Positions 51,324 through 61,370 of a DNA stretch of 64,000 bases are shown here, in pieces; position 1 is the first letter of the stretch, and the number at the start of each line of letters is the position of its first letter. The stretch is from Flavobacterium sp. (GTDB lineage Bacteria; Bacteroidota; Bacteroidia; Flavobacteriales; Flavobacteriaceae). The translations under genes and the position numbers were made by a program. The stretch is from the NCBI RefSeq assembly GCF_044371705.1, contig NZ_JBILTE010000001.1, forward strand, positions 2,570-66,569, given 5' to 3'. The notes beneath the pieces are model-generated. The model was not told the DNA's origin and did no database searches. It saw nothing but the letters and a program-made list of their open reading frames with translations.

Positions 51324-52850
51324 TTAATGTTTAAAATGACGTGTTCCGGTAAATACCATTGCCAAATTATTTTCATTACAATACGCGATACTCAACTCGT
51401 CTTTTATTGAACCTCCTGGTTGAATTACAGCTGTAATTCCCGCAAGATGAGCAATTTCTACACAATCCGGAAACGGAAAGAAAGCGTCGCTCGCCATTAC
51501 GGCTCCATTTAAATTGAAATTAAACGAATTGGCTTTTTCAATGGCTTGTTTTAATGCATCAACTCTTGAGGTTTGACCGGTTCCGGCTGCAATTAATTGT
51601 CCATTTTTTGCAAATACAATTGTGTTGGATTTGGTGTTTTTACAGATTTTAGAGGCAAACAATAGATCTTCAATTTCTTGATTGGTAGGTTCTTTAGTCG
51701 TAACTGTTTTTAAACCTTCTTTATTGTCTGTAACTGCATTTTTATCTTGAATTAATAATCCGTTTAAACAAGTTCGTACTTGCTTTTGAGGTAATTCAAC
51801 TTCATTTTGAATTAAAATGATTCTGTTTTTCTTTTCTTGAAGTATTTCAACAGCTTTTTCATCATAACTTGGAGCAATCACCACTTCACAGAAGAGTTGA
51901 TTAATTTCTAAAGCTGTTTCCGTATCAATAGTTCCGTTAGCAATTAATACACCACCGAAAGCTGAGGTTGGATCACCAGCCAATGCGTCTAAATAAGCTT
52001 GTTTCATTGTTGATCTGGTTGCCAACCCACAGGGGTTATTGTGTTTTAAAATAGCAAAAGTTGGATCATTGTGTTTGAATTCTAAAATTAAATTCACTGC
52101 TGCGTCAACATCAAGTAGGTTGTTGTATGACAATTCTTTTCCGTGAACTTTAGTAAACATTTGGTCAAAATCTCCAAAAAAGTAACCTTTTTGATGCGGA
52201 TTTTCTCCGTAACGTAAAATTTGGCCGTTTGCAATACTCTGTTTATAATAGGTTTCGTCGCTATTAAAATAATTGAAAATGGCTGAGTCGTAATGCGAGG
52301 AAACATGAAAAGCTTTTGTTGCTAATAACTTTCTTTGCTCCAAAGTAGTCGCACCATTTTGAGTGGAAATCAAATCTAATAAATAATTGTATTCATTCAC
52401 TGAAGATACAATCACGGTATCTTTGAAGTTTTTGGCAGCAGCACGAATTAATGAAATACCACCAATATCAATTTTTTCAATAATATCGGCTTCCGAAGCT
52501 CCTGAAGCAACCGTTTTTTCGAAAGGATACAAGTCAACAATCACTAAATCTATTTGAGGGATTTCATACGCTCTCATTTGTTCAACATCACTCGGATTAT
52601 CCTGGCGGTTTAGAATGCCCCCAAAAATTTTTGGATGTAATGTTTTTACTCTCCCTCCTAAAATAGATGGATACGAAGTAACATCTTCAACGGGAACAAC
52701 GGGGATTCCCAGATTTTTGATAAAATCTTCTGTTCCACCTGTCGAATATATAATGACATTTTGACTGTTCAGTTGTTTTACAATTGGATCTAAACCCGTT
52801 TTGTCAAATACAGAAATTAAGGCGGATTGTATGGTTTTAGTGTTGCTCAT
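51324..52850 (-). CDS. purH: Bifunctional AICAR transformylase/IMP cyclohydrolase
   Basis: ALISVFDK, STGGT, RVKTLHP, IDIGG, LRYGENPHQ, ASDAFFPF and RHFKH. Confidence 0.98.
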   Translation of the reverse strand: MSNTKTIQSALISVFDKTGLDPIVKQLNSQNVIIYSTGGTEDFIKNLGIPVVPVEDVTSYPSILGGRVKTLHPKIFGGILNRQDNPSDVEQMRAYEIPQIDLVIVDLYPFEKTVASGASEADIIEKIDIGGISLIRAAAKNFKDTVIVSSVNEYNYLLDLISTQNGATTLEQRKLLATKAFHVSSHYDSAIFNYFNSDETYYKQSIANGQILRYGENPHQKGYFFGDFDQMFTKVHGKELSYNNLLDVDAAVNLILEFKHNDPTFAILKHNNPCGLATRSTMKQAYLDALAGDPTSAFGGVLIANGTIDTETALEINQLFCEVVIAPSYDEKAVEILQEKKNRIILIQNEVELPQKQVRTCLNGLLIQDKNAVTDNKEGLKTVTTKEPTNQEIEDLLFASKICKNTKSNTIVFAKNGQLIAAGTGQTSRVDALKQAIEKANSFNFNLNGAVMASDAFFPFPDCVEIAHLAGITAVIQPGGSIKDELSIAYCNENNLAMVFTGTRHFKH

Positions 52851-52872
52851 TTTGTGTCTTTATTTAAAGGTG

Positions 52873-52880
52873 CAAAAGTA
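52873..52880 (-). promoter_or_regulatory. -7 box (TACTTTTG) of purH
   Basis: Exact TAnnTTTG, 23 bp upstream of the start. Confidence 0.6.
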
Positions 52881-53083
52881 CCATTTGTATGATTAATTAT
52901 CAAACGATTAAAGGATTTGTTTTTTATTTTTTTTGGTTTCAGTCAGTTCTTTTCAAAGACAAAAGATTGTCCTTCAGTTTTGTCAAATTACGCAATTGTC
53001 ATTTTTATTTTTTCTTATAAAAGTTGTAACAATTTGACTGTTTTAACTACCTATGGTAACAATAAATTATCATAAAATAGCTG

Positions 53084-54337
53084 ATGTTAGTATATCTCCG
53101 ACTGCTTAAAGAAAGTTTTAGTTTTGCAATGAATGCCTTGCGAAACAATAAGTTGCGAACTTTTTTATCGCTTCTGGGAGTTACCATCGGGATATTTTCA
53201 ATAATTGCTGTATTGGCAGCAGTGGATTCATTGGATAAAAAGATTAAAGATGATTTGAATGATTTAGATAAAAACACTATTTACCTTTTTAGTTCCTCAT
53301 TTGGACCGAGTGATATTCCAAGATGGAAAAGAGAACAATTTCCTGATGTAACTTTTGAGGAATATGAGTATTTGAAACGTTCTATTTCTGATGCTGATAA
53401 AATGGCTTTCAACCTTTTTACAAGAAATGAAAATATAAAATTTGAAGACAAAACGGTGAGTTCTGTTCGTGTTACACCAACAACCTTTGAGTATGAAGGA
53501 ATTGATGGGATTAAAATAAGTAACGGGCGGTTTTTTAATGAAGCGGAATCCAATTCCGGTACTGCCGTTATTATATTGGGTTTTGATGTAGCGGAGGGAC
53601 TTTTTGAAAATTTAGAACAAGCTATCGGGCAAAAAGTTCGCCTGTATGGACAACGTTTTACAGTAATAGGTGTTACTGATAAACAGGGTTTTTCAACTTT
53701 TGGTGACAGTCGTGACAATGCAGTTTTTATCCCCATGAATTTTATCAGAAGACTTTATGGTGAAAATAGTGATTTAATAACGCCGGTTATAATTATTAAA
53801 CCTAAAAAAGGAATTGATATAGAAGCTTTTAAAGGCGAAATCACACAGAAATTGCGAACTTACAGAGGATTAAAAGTAACTGAAATTGATAATTTTTTTA
53901 TCAATGTATTGTCTGGTTTTACAGATTTCATTGATCAAATAGTGGGCAATTTAAACATCGGAGGTTGGCTCATTGCCGGATTTTCTCTTTTGGTAGGCGG
54001 TTTCGGAATTGCAAATATTATGTTTGTATCGGTGAAAGAACGAACCAATTTGATTGGCATCCAAAAATCATTAGGTGCTAAAAACAGGTTTATATTGTTT
54101 CAGTTTTTGTTTGAAGCAGTTATACTTTCGGTCATAGGTGGCATCATTGGACTTTTAATGGTTTGGGGTATTGCGGTACTAATGACAAAGATTTTAGACT
54201 TTGAATTTATCTTAAGTTTAAGTAATATATTGTTAGGAGCTGGTTTAGCAGGCGTAATTGGATTAATATCCGGAATTATTCCAGCAATTTCAGCTTCTAA
54301 ATTAGATCCGGTAGAAGCCATCCGGAGTGGTTTTTAA
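53084..54337 (+). CDS. ABC transporter permease, MacB/FtsX type
   Basis: RTFLSLLGVTIGI, periplasmic MacB-PCD-like region, VGGFGIANIM...ERTNLIG...LGA and DPVEAIR. Confidence 0.9.
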   Translation: MLVYLRLLKESFSFAMNALRNNKLRTFLSLLGVTIGIFSIIAVLAAVDSLDKKIKDDLNDLDKNTIYLFSSSFGPSDIPRWKREQFPDVTFEEYEYLKRSISDADKMAFNLFTRNENIKFEDKTVSSVRVTPTTFEYEGIDGIKISNGRFFNEAESNSGTAVIILGFDVAEGLFENLEQAIGQKVRLYGQRFTVIGVTDKQGFSTFGDSRDNAVFIPMNFIRRLYGENSDLITPVIIIKPKKGIDIEAFKGEITQKLRTYRGLKVTEIDNFFINVLSGFTDFIDQIVGNLNIGGWLIAGFSLLVGGFGIANIMFVSVKERTNLIGIQKSLGAKNRFILFQFLFEAVILSVIGGIIGLLMVWGIAVLMTKILDFEFILSLSNILLGAGLAGVIGLISGIIPAISASKLDPVEAIRSGF

Positions 54338-54350
54338 AATAGTATAGCAT

Positions 54351-54382
54351 AAAAAATCCCGATTTTACTCGGGATTTTTTTT
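54351..54382. terminator. Bidirectional terminator between the permease and accD
   Basis: AAAAAATCCCGA/TCGGGATTTTTT 12-bp inverted repeat. Confidence 0.85.
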
Positions 54383-55235
54383 ATCTAACAGTTTGATTCA
54401 AAATTAAATCAATGTATAAATTGACTTTGTCTTTCAACTCTTTTCTGTGGGTTATAAAATCTAAAAACCCATGTTCTAGCAAGAATTCCGAAGTTTGAAA
54501 ACCTTCCGGCAAATCTTTTCCGGTGGTATCTTTTACTACTCGTGGACCGGCAAAGCCAATTAAAGCTCCCGGTTCGCCAATATTAATATCTCCTAACATT
54601 GCATAAGATGCTGTTGTTCCACCCGTAGTTGGATCGGTACATAGTGAAATATAAGGAATACCGGCATCGGCTAATTGTGCTAATTTTGCTGAGGTTTTGG
54701 CTAATTGCATCAACGAGTAAGCAGCCTCCATCATTCGAGCTCCACCAGATTTTGAAATCATCATAAATGGAACTTTATTTTTAATTGAATAATCAATTCC
54801 GCGAGCAATTTTTTCACCAACTACAGCACCCATGGAACCTCCAATAAAGGTGAAATCCATGCAGCAAACAACTAAATCTTTTCCTTTTGATTTTCCAACA
54901 CCTGTTCGTACCGCGTCTTTCAATCCGGTTTTTTCCATGACGTCTTTCAAACGGTCCGCATACTTCTTGGTATCAGTAAATTTCAAAGGATCTTTAGACG
55001 TCATTTTTGCATCTAATTCTTTGAATTCATTATTGTCAAACAATATTTGAAAATATTCTGAACTTCCAATTCGTACATGAAAATCATCTTCCGGACTTAC
55101 CCATAAATTTTTTGCCAATTCATCTTGATCCACAATTTTACCTGTTGGTGATTTGTACCAAAGTCCTTTTGGCACATCTTTTTTGTCTTCTGTAGGGGTT
55201 TGAATTCCTTTTTCTGTTCTTTTAAACCAGGCCAT
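54381..55235 (-). CDS. accD: Acetyl-CoA carboxylase carboxyltransferase beta subunit
   Basis: MAWFKR start at 55235; [18 protein letters not shown] and IGFAGPRV. The ORF-track extension to 55295 crosses a repeat element. Confidence 0.96.
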   Translation of the reverse strand: MAWFKRTEKGIQTPTEDKKDVPKGLWYKSPTGKIVDQDELAKNLWVSPEDDFHVRIGSSEYFQILFDNNEFKELDAKMTSKDPLKFTDTKKYADRLKDVMEKTGLKDAVRTGVGKSKGKDLVVCCMDFTFIGGSMGAVVGEKIARGIDYSIKNKVPFMMISKSGGARMMEAAYSLMQLAKTSAKLAQLADAGIPYISLCTDPTTGGTTASYAMLGDINIGEPGALIGFAGPRVVKDTTGKDLPEGFQTSEFLLEHGFLDFITHRKELKDKVNLYIDLILNQTVR

Positions 55236-55252
55236 AATTTTAAATTTTGGTT

Positions 55253-55311
55253 GGAAGATGGGAGATGGAAGACGGAAGAAAACTTCCTGCTTCACACTTC
55301 ACTCTTCCTGC
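55253..55311. repeat. Two inverted arrays of four heptamers (GGAAGAN x4 / CTTCMNN x4)
   Basis: GGAAGAT GGGAGAT GGAAGAC GGAAGAA AA CTTCCTG CTTCACA CTTCACT CTTCCTG fills most of the fbaA-accD spacer. Confidence 0.85.
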
Positions 55312-56379
55312 TTATAAAGTGTTCACATTGTTTAAATCAGCAAATGCTTGCTCTAACCTTTTGTTGAAAGTTAATTCACCTTCGCGAATCCACTTTCTTG
55401 GGTCGTAGTGTTTTTTGTTGGGAGAATCGGCACCATCGGGGCTTCCAATCTGCGTTCGCAAATAATCAATTTTTGAGGTCATATAATCACGAATACCTTC
55501 GGTATAGGCAAATTGTAAGTCGGTATCGATATTCATTTTTACTACACCGTATGAAATAGCTTCTCTAATTTCTTCTAATGTAGAACCTGAACCACCGTGG
55601 AATACAAAGTCAATCGGATTTGAGCTTGTTTTGAATTTATTTTGAACATATTCCTGAGAATTTTTCAAAATTACAGGAGTCAATTTTACATTTCCGGGTT
55701 TGTAGACACCGTGGACATTTCCAAAAGCAGCTGCAATTGTGAATTTCGGACTTATTTTTGAAAGTTCTTCATAAGCATAAGCCACTTCCGCCGGTTGAGT
55801 GTATAATTTTGAGCTATCAACATCAGAATTATCCACACCATCTTCTTCACCACCGGTTACTCCTAATTCGATTTCAAGAGTCATTCCCAATTTACTCATA
55901 CGAGCTAAATATTTTTTACAAATTTCAATGTTTTCTTCGATGGGTTCTTCAGATAAATCAATCATATGAGAGGAGAACAACGGTTTACCTGTTTCTGCAA
56001 AATGCTTTTCAGAAGCATCTAAAAGACCGTCAATCCAAGGAAGCAACTTTTTTGCACAATGGTCTGTATGTAAAATTACCGTAGCTCCATAAGCTTCTGC
56101 AAGCGTATGAATGTGTTTGGCTCCTGCAACTGCACCTAAAATTGCAGCTTTTTCATCTGCATTTGATAATCCTTTACCCGCATTATAAACAGCACCGCCA
56201 TTTGAAAACTGGATAATTACCGGAGCATTTAATTTGGCGGCAGTTTCTAATACACCATTAACAGTACTCGATCCAATAACATTCACCGCCGGAAGTGCAA
56301 ATCCTTTTTCTTTCGCATATTTAAATAGTTCCTGTACTTGATCTCCGGTAGCAACACCTGGCTTAATATTGTGGGACAT
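55312..56379 (-). CDS. fbaA: Class II fructose-bisphosphate aldolase
   Basis: PAVNV, HTDHC, HMIDLS, FGNVHGVY, VFHGGSG and KMNIDTD. Confidence 0.97.
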   Translation of the reverse strand: MSHNIKPGVATGDQVQELFKYAKEKGFALPAVNVIGSSTVNGVLETAAKLNAPVIIQFSNGGAVYNAGKGLSNADEKAAILGAVAGAKHIHTLAEAYGATVILHTDHCAKKLLPWIDGLLDASEKHFAETGKPLFSSHMIDLSEEPIEENIEICKKYLARMSKLGMTLEIELGVTGGEEDGVDNSDVDSSKLYTQPAEVAYAYEELSKISPKFTIAAAFGNVHGVYKPGNVKLTPVILKNSQEYVQNKFKTSSNPIDFVFHGGSGSTLEEIREAISYGVVKMNIDTDLQFAYTEGIRDYMTSKIDYLRTQIGSPDGADSPNKKHYDPRKWIREGELTFNKRLEQAFADLNNVNTL

Positions 56380-56408
56380 AATGGTTAAGTATTAAATAAG
56401 TTAAGCAA

Positions 56409-56416
56409 CAAAAATA
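56409..56416 (-). promoter_or_regulatory. -7 box (TATTTTTG) of fbaA
   Basis: TAnnTTTG match 30 bp upstream of the start. Confidence 0.5.
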
Positions 56417-56499
56417 ATAATTTAAAAAGGTTTGGTAAAATAATTAGGTAAAAATCCGCATTTTATAAGGCTTTTTTTTAAATACTTTAAGGAATTTGA

Positions 56500-59067
56500 T
56501 TAGAACGGATAATTGATTCCGATATTCAGAACAGAATTACTGAAATTGTATTCATTAAACCATCTTCTATCCATTTCATTCGCCGGATTATAGGTTTTAA
56601 AACCGATGTCAAAACGAACAACGAAGAAACTGAAATCGTATCTTAATCCAAAGCCGGTACCTAAAGCAATGTCTTTCAATGACTCTAAGTCTTCAAAAAC
56701 AGCACCTGGAATTGTAACATTATCCATAAAGTTCCAAATATTCCCGGCGTCGGCAAATAGTGCTCCTTTGAAATTTCCAAAAAGTTTAAACCGATATTCT
56801 GCACTTAAAGCTATTTTTAAGTTGGCATCATTAAAGTCATCTCGAGCTCCGCTGCTACCCGGACCTAGACTGTAGGGTTGCCAAGCTCTATTGTCGTTAG
56901 AACCACCGGCAAAGTAACTTCGTGCAAATGGAATATTTTGTGCATTACCATAAGGTATTGCAACCCCCAAGAAGTAGCGAGTGGCAAATATATTTTCTTT
57001 CTGTAAATCAAATAACTTCACAAATTCAAATTCTGTTTTAACATATTGTGAAAACTCAACACCCATAAATGTTTTGTTTCCATTGGGTCCTAGAGCTGGA
57101 TTTGTAATATTTGCTAATAAGTCTAACGTGTTCCCGGCAAGTTCAACCTTAGCTTTAAAATTGTAAAATGCATTATCTAGCAAATTACTTTTAGTAGTTA
57201 TTGAATAACTAAAGCTAGAAGCCATAATGAAGTTGTTTTCGGTTAACCTAGATTTTCGTTCATCAATACTTCGTACTGTTTCAAAATCTTCATCGCTTAC
57301 CACGACCACCACAGGATTAGATAAAACATCGTTTATAAAACCATCAGTGCCTAAGGTAATAATCAAATTACCTTCGCCATTTTCTCCGTCATAGTAAAGA
57401 TCATTAACATCGTCATAGTTTTTTGAAACAGCATTCAATGCATTGTAAGAAGATCTGTATACATTAAAATAATTGTCAACATTCAGATTATTAACATATT
57501 GAAGATTGATTAATTCAAATTTTGCAGTTCTGAAACGCTTGGGAGTCCAATTGTAGGTTAAACCTCCCGTGAAATTTTCCTTATCAAGTCCCACATTTGT
57601 TTGGCTGGAAAAACCGGCACTGATAACAGATGAAGGAATCATGTTTTTAGGAATGATTTTTTCAGTTTTTAATGGGAAAAAGATTCTTGGGAAGCTCAAT
57701 CTACCGTCGACACCTAATTCTAAAATGTTAAAAAACACGTTGTTTGGATTGGCATTATCGCGAGATGAACCTATATTTCCTCTAACAGCAACTTCAAATG
57801 TTTCAGCACCGTTAAATACGTTTCGAATAGTAACAGAGGTGTTTCCCGCAATACCAAATTCCTGAATGTTGGAATGTGTCAAATCTAGAGTAGCACCCCA
57901 AGTGATTTTCTTTCTTGGGTTTAGATAGATATTGGCTATTAAACTTGTTCCGGTGGAGTCTTTTGGATCCTGTTCATACTTAATCGAAGGATAATTAAAT
58001 ACCTTTAAATTACTTAAAAATCGCGAAGTTAGATTGTTTCTAAAGTCGGCATATACGCCACCTTTATTGATAAACACCGCATCTGTTATTGCTTTTGGTT
58101 TAAATCGTAGTTTTTCGATACTATAAAGATTAAAACCATTATATGAAACACTATCTGTTATCGTTTTTTTATCTTTAGAAGAAGGATTGTCAGTAAAAAT
58201 ATTAACTTCACTAATTTTATAAATATGAAAAGGAGCGGTTTTTAAAGTGTCGTTTTCACGGTAGTTAAAATCTCCTATCACGGTAGTGATATTAGGTCTT
58301 TTGCTTAAATTTATAGTGTCTACATCAAAGGTAATATAGTTTTGTTGAAAATTATATGCACCGTTATTTCTGAAATAAGTTGTCAAACGGTTCCGTTCTT
58401 CTTCAATTATTTTAGAATTGTATTGTTGTCCGCTTTTTATGACTGACTGACTTTTTGTTACTTGATACAAAGAATCCAAATCAGGTGATGTGATTGTAGC
58501 TTTAATGGAATCTAGAATATAAGGACTTTTTAAATCGATAATGTATTTTACTTTACCCTTTTTATAACCAACAGAGTCGGTCTCCGACTTTACCTCAACG
58601 TCAAAAAAGCCATTATTGAAGAAATGTGATCTTAATTTAAACTCACTTCGTTTTGTTCGAGTACTATCTATAATTATGGGCTTTTCTCCGGTTGATTTCA
58701 GTAATTCGTGGAAGCCTTTCATGTAAAAAGATTCGCCCAAGCGATACACTTGTTTTTCAGAATAGATAGCAGACATTCTCTTAAAGCGTATGGTATCTTC
58801 AATATATTTAGCTCTAAAAACAGAATCCGGATTTGGTCTTGCCCAATTGTAAATATGCAAGCCAAAAGGCACTTTCAATATTCGAGCATTTGGTTTTTGA
58901 AATATAAAGCCGGTCAAATCCTCTTTGATTTTAGAATTCCCGTCAACAGTTATTTCAACTTTTGTTAAGAGTTGTTTGTTATCCGGAACTCTTTTTACAG
59001 AATCGCAGGAATAAATTAATCCAATGATAACAATTAATAATGTTATTTTTGTAAGTATCTTTTTCAA
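56500..59067 (-). CDS. Omp85-family outer-membrane protein (TamA/TamL-like lipoprotein)
   Basis: Lipobox IYSC, POTRA-like region, AGGSNDNRAW (VRG-like loop), GFGLRYDF and C-terminal INYPF. Confidence 0.9.
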   Translation of the reverse strand: MKKILTKITLLIVIIGLIYSCDSVKRVPDNKQLLTKVEITVDGNSKIKEDLTGFIFQKPNARILKVPFGLHIYNWARPNPDSVFRAKYIEDTIRFKRMSAIYSEKQVYRLGESFYMKGFHELLKSTGEKPIIIDSTRTKRSEFKLRSHFFNNGFFDVEVKSETDSVGYKKGKVKYIIDLKSPYILDSIKATITSPDLDSLYQVTKSQSVIKSGQQYNSKIIEEERNRLTTYFRNNGAYNFQQNYITFDVDTINLSKRPNITTVIGDFNYRENDTLKTAPFHIYKISEVNIFTDNPSSKDKKTITDSVSYNGFNLYSIEKLRFKPKAITDAVFINKGGVYADFRNNLTSRFLSNLKVFNYPSIKYEQDPKDSTGTSLIANIYLNPRKKITWGATLDLTHSNIQEFGIAGNTSVTIRNVFNGAETFEVAVRGNIGSSRDNANPNNVFFNILELGVDGRLSFPRIFFPLKTEKIIPKNMIPSSVISAGFSSQTNVGLDKENFTGGLTYNWTPKRFRTAKFELINLQYVNNLNVDNYFNVYRSSYNALNAVSKNYDDVNDLYYDGENGEGNLIITLGTDGFINDVLSNPVVVVVSDEDFETVRSIDERKSRLTENNFIMASSFSYSITTKSNLLDNAFYNFKAKVELAGNTLDLLANITNPALGPNGNKTFMGVEFSQYVKTEFEFVKLFDLQKENIFATRYFLGVAIPYGNAQNIPFARSYFAGGSNDNRAWQPYSLGPGSSGARDDFNDANLKIALSAEYRFKLFGNFKGALFADAGNIWNFMDNVTIPGAVFEDLESLKDIALGTGFGLRYDFSFFVVRFDIGFKTYNPANEMDRRWFNEYNFSNSVLNIGINYPF

Positions 59068-59085
59068 GCAGAAAATTATTTAATT

Positions 59086-59093
59086 CAAAAGTA
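59086..59093 (-). promoter_or_regulatory. -7 box (TACTTTTG) of the Omp85-family gene
   Basis: Exact TAnnTTTG 19 bp upstream of the TTG start at 59067. Confidence 0.55.
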
Positions 59094-59103
59094 CATTATT
59101 TCT

Positions 59104-59832
59104 ATGGTTAGTAAAAACCAAATAAAATTAATTACCGGTTTAGTTCAAAAAAAAAATCGGACCGAGCAGCAACTTTTTATCGCTGAAGGAATTAAAGTGA
59201 TACAAGAACTATTCCAATCTGATTTTGAATTGGTTCATTTGTATACGGTAGCAAATTTAAACATTCAGGTTCCATCTGATAAAATTACTCAAATAACTAA
59301 CAATGAATTAAAAAGAATTAGTGCTTTAACAACACCTAATGAGTGTTTGGCTCTTTTTAAAATTCCAATAAGCAGTAAAATTAATGATCATGAGCTAATT
59401 GTAGCATTAGATGACATTAGAGATCCGGGAAATTTGGGCACAATAATTAGACTTTGCGACTGGTTTGGCGTTAAACAATTAATTTGTTCTGAAACAACTG
59501 TGGACGTTTTTAATCCAAAAGTGGTTCAAGCAACCATGGGTTCGCTTGCAAGAGTTAGGATTGTGTATGCAGACTTGGTAGATGTGCTTAAAAAAACAAA
59601 ACTTCCTATCTATGGCACTTTTATGGACGGAAATAATATCTATACTGAGCAAAAAACAAGAGAAGGAATTATCGTAATGGGGAATGAATCCAATGGTATT
59701 TCAAAAAATATAGAACAATTGATTCAGCGAAAAATCACTATTCCTCGATTTGGAACGCAACAAAAAACAGAAAGTTTAAACGTAGCAACAGCCACCGCCA
59801 TCACACTAAGTGAGTTTTGCAGAAATTCTTAG
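59104..59832 (+). CDS. TrmH/SpoU-family RNA methyltransferase
   Basis: DDIRDPGNLGTIIR, ATMGS, GNESNGIS and ESLNVATA. Confidence 0.93.
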   Translation: MVSKNQIKLITGLVQKKNRTEQQLFIAEGIKVIQELFQSDFELVHLYTVANLNIQVPSDKITQITNNELKRISALTTPNECLALFKIPISSKINDHELIVALDDIRDPGNLGTIIRLCDWFGVKQLICSETTVDVFNPKVVQATMGSLARVRIVYADLVDVLKKTKLPIYGTFMDGNNIYTEQKTREGIIVMGNESNGISKNIEQLIQRKITIPRFGTQQKTESLNVATATAITLSEFCRNS

Positions 59833-60527
59833 TGAAATGTAAAATTGATTAAAATTCCTCTTGTTTTCATCGAGTCGATGTTACCGGTCCACGGACTATC
59901 GGCAGTGTTATCTCGAATCAATTCATCGCTTAAACCAAATACTCCTCTAATGGAAGGAGAAAATTTAAAGTATTCAAAATAAAAGTCTACACCAAATCCT
60001 ACTTGATAATCATACGTCCATGTCTTCATTCGGAAACGGTTGTTAAAATTATCATCGCTTGCACGCTCATTACTTGATAAATTCAAAGTGGCTGAAGCTC
60101 CACCCACTAAATAAGGTCTCACATTACCAACTCTTTTTGAAGAAAATTTAACCAATAGAGGAAACATAATATAGGTTGATTTTACTTCTCTTAAAGCGTC
60201 AAATGGGTCTTCTATTTCTGGGTAGGTTAAATTTCTTTGTGTGTAATATAAACCGGGCTCAAAACGAAGATTGATGTATTCTTGCAATCGTAAATTTCCA
60301 ACCAAACCCACATTAAATCCCGTGGTTGGACTCACATCTATATCTTCAGTTACGCTTAAGTAATCAAATTTAAAATCTAATGAATTAAAACCAAGAAAAT
60401 AACCCCAGTGAACTCGTTGTTTGTCAAAATTTTCCAGGTTTATAATAGGATCTTTTGCAAACATTGACTTTTGAGCATGCGAATCAAAAGCAAATAAGAA
60501 CAGAAGTATAAAAACTATTTTTTTCAT
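59829..60527 (-). CDS. porT: T9SS/gliding outer-membrane protein PorT (SprT)
   Basis: Signal peptide; VHWGYFLG, LRFEPGL and FEYFKFSPSIRG; typical trmH-porT-menG context. Confidence 0.85.
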   Translation of the reverse strand: MKKIVFILLFLFAFDSHAQKSMFAKDPIINLENFDKQRVHWGYFLGFNSLDFKFDYLSVTEDIDVSPTTGFNVGLVGNLRLQEYINLRFEPGLYYTQRNLTYPEIEDPFDALREVKSTYIMFPLLVKFSSKRVGNVRPYLVGGASATLNLSSNERASDDNFNNRFRMKTWTYDYQVGFGVDFYFEYFKFSPSIRGVFGLSDELIRDNTADSPWTGNIDSMKTRGILINFTFH

Positions 60528-60531
60528 TGTA

Positions 60532-61260
60532 TTATTTAGTAGCTGAATATATTGTTGCTACCCCAAAAGTTTGCGGATAGGATTCAACATTAGTAAACCC
60601 AATATTACGCAAAATATTGTTTAATTTTTCTCCATACGGAAAAGCATTAGCAGATTCCGATAAATAGGCATAAGCAGAATTGTCTTTTGAAAATAGTTTT
60701 CCGATGACTGGGAGTATGTTTTTTGAGTAAAAATTATAGCCTTGTTTGAACGGAAATTTTTCGGGCACTGATGTTTCTAAAATAACAAAAACGCCATTTG
60801 GTTTAAGAACCCTAAGAATTTCGATCAATCCTTTTTCTAATGTTTCAAAATTTCTAACACCAAAAGCTACCGTAATCGCATCAAAAAAATTGTCTTCAAA
60901 AGGCATGTTTTCAGAATCGCCCAAAATCATTTCAATGCGATTTGAAAGGTTTTTTTGTGCAATTTTTTTTCTTCCTACGTCTAGCATACCTGCAGAAATA
61001 TCTATACCTATAATTTTTGTAGCTTCAATTTCCGACATTAATAATGCTAAATCTCCGGTTCCAGTGGCAATATCTAAAATAGTTGTTGGATTTTTTTTCT
61101 TTACAATTGCAAGTACTTTTTTTCGCCATTCAACATCCGTTCCAAAAGAGATGACTCTATTCAAGCCATCATAATTTGTTGAAATAGCATCAAACATTTG
61201 AGCAACTTGTTCTTTTTTTCCTAATGTAGAATCTTTATAAGGAGTGATGTTTTTTGACAT
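60532..61260 (-). CDS. menG: Demethylmenaquinone methyltransferase (UbiE/MenG)
   Basis: [30 protein letters not shown] and AYAYLSES. The start is set at ATG 61260 because a TATATTTG box lies in the ORF-track extension. Confidence 0.93.
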   Translation of the reverse strand: MSKNITPYKDSTLGKKEQVAQMFDAISTNYDGLNRVISFGTDVEWRKKVLAIVKKKNPTTILDIATGTGDLALLMSEIEATKIIGIDISAGMLDVGRKKIAQKNLSNRIEMILGDSENMPFEDNFFDAITVAFGVRNFETLEKGLIEILRVLKPNGVFVILETSVPEKFPFKQGYNFYSKNILPVIGKLFSKDNSAYAYLSESANAFPYGEKLNNILRNIGFTNVESYPQTFGVATIYSATK

Positions 61261-61275
61261 ACGGGCAATTTTTTG

Positions 61276-61283
61276 CAAATATA
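61276..61283 (-). promoter_or_regulatory. -7 box (TATATTTG) of menG-porT
   Basis: Exact TAnnTTTG 16 bp upstream of ATG 61260. Confidence 0.6.
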
Positions 61284-61348
61284 AGGGATTCTCTAAGTAT
61301 AACAATATTGTTTTTATGTTTAACTAAAGCATGAAAAAAATAAACAAA

Positions 61349-61370
61349 ACATCACTAAATTTAGTGATGT
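61349..61370. promoter_or_regulatory. Perfect 22-bp palindrome, candidate operator
   Basis: ACATCACTAAA|TTTAGTGATGT lies in the divergent spacer between menG and the hypothetical gene. Confidence 0.5.

Noticed and set aside
52851-53083. ZTP (pfl) riboswitch upstream of purH
   Set aside because: A consensus -7 box sits only 23 bp from the start codon, leaving no room, and no GC-rich aptamer-like sequence is visible.
53281-53736. 151-aa antisense ORF, representative of the many 60-150 aa opposite-strand ORFs in the track (e.g. 2181, 5354, 21414, 30704, 57569)
   Set aside because: They lie wholly within well-supported genes and show no recognisable motifs or expression signals; they are treated as shadow ORFs.
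55236-55295. N-terminal extension of AccD ([12 protein letters not shown]...)
   Set aside because: It is a chance read-through of the heptamer repeat element; the MAWFKR start at 55235 is the family-typical N-terminus.
61261-61305. N-terminal extension of MenG
   Set aside because: It contains a perfect TATATTTG promoter box; ATG 61260 is the more plausible start.
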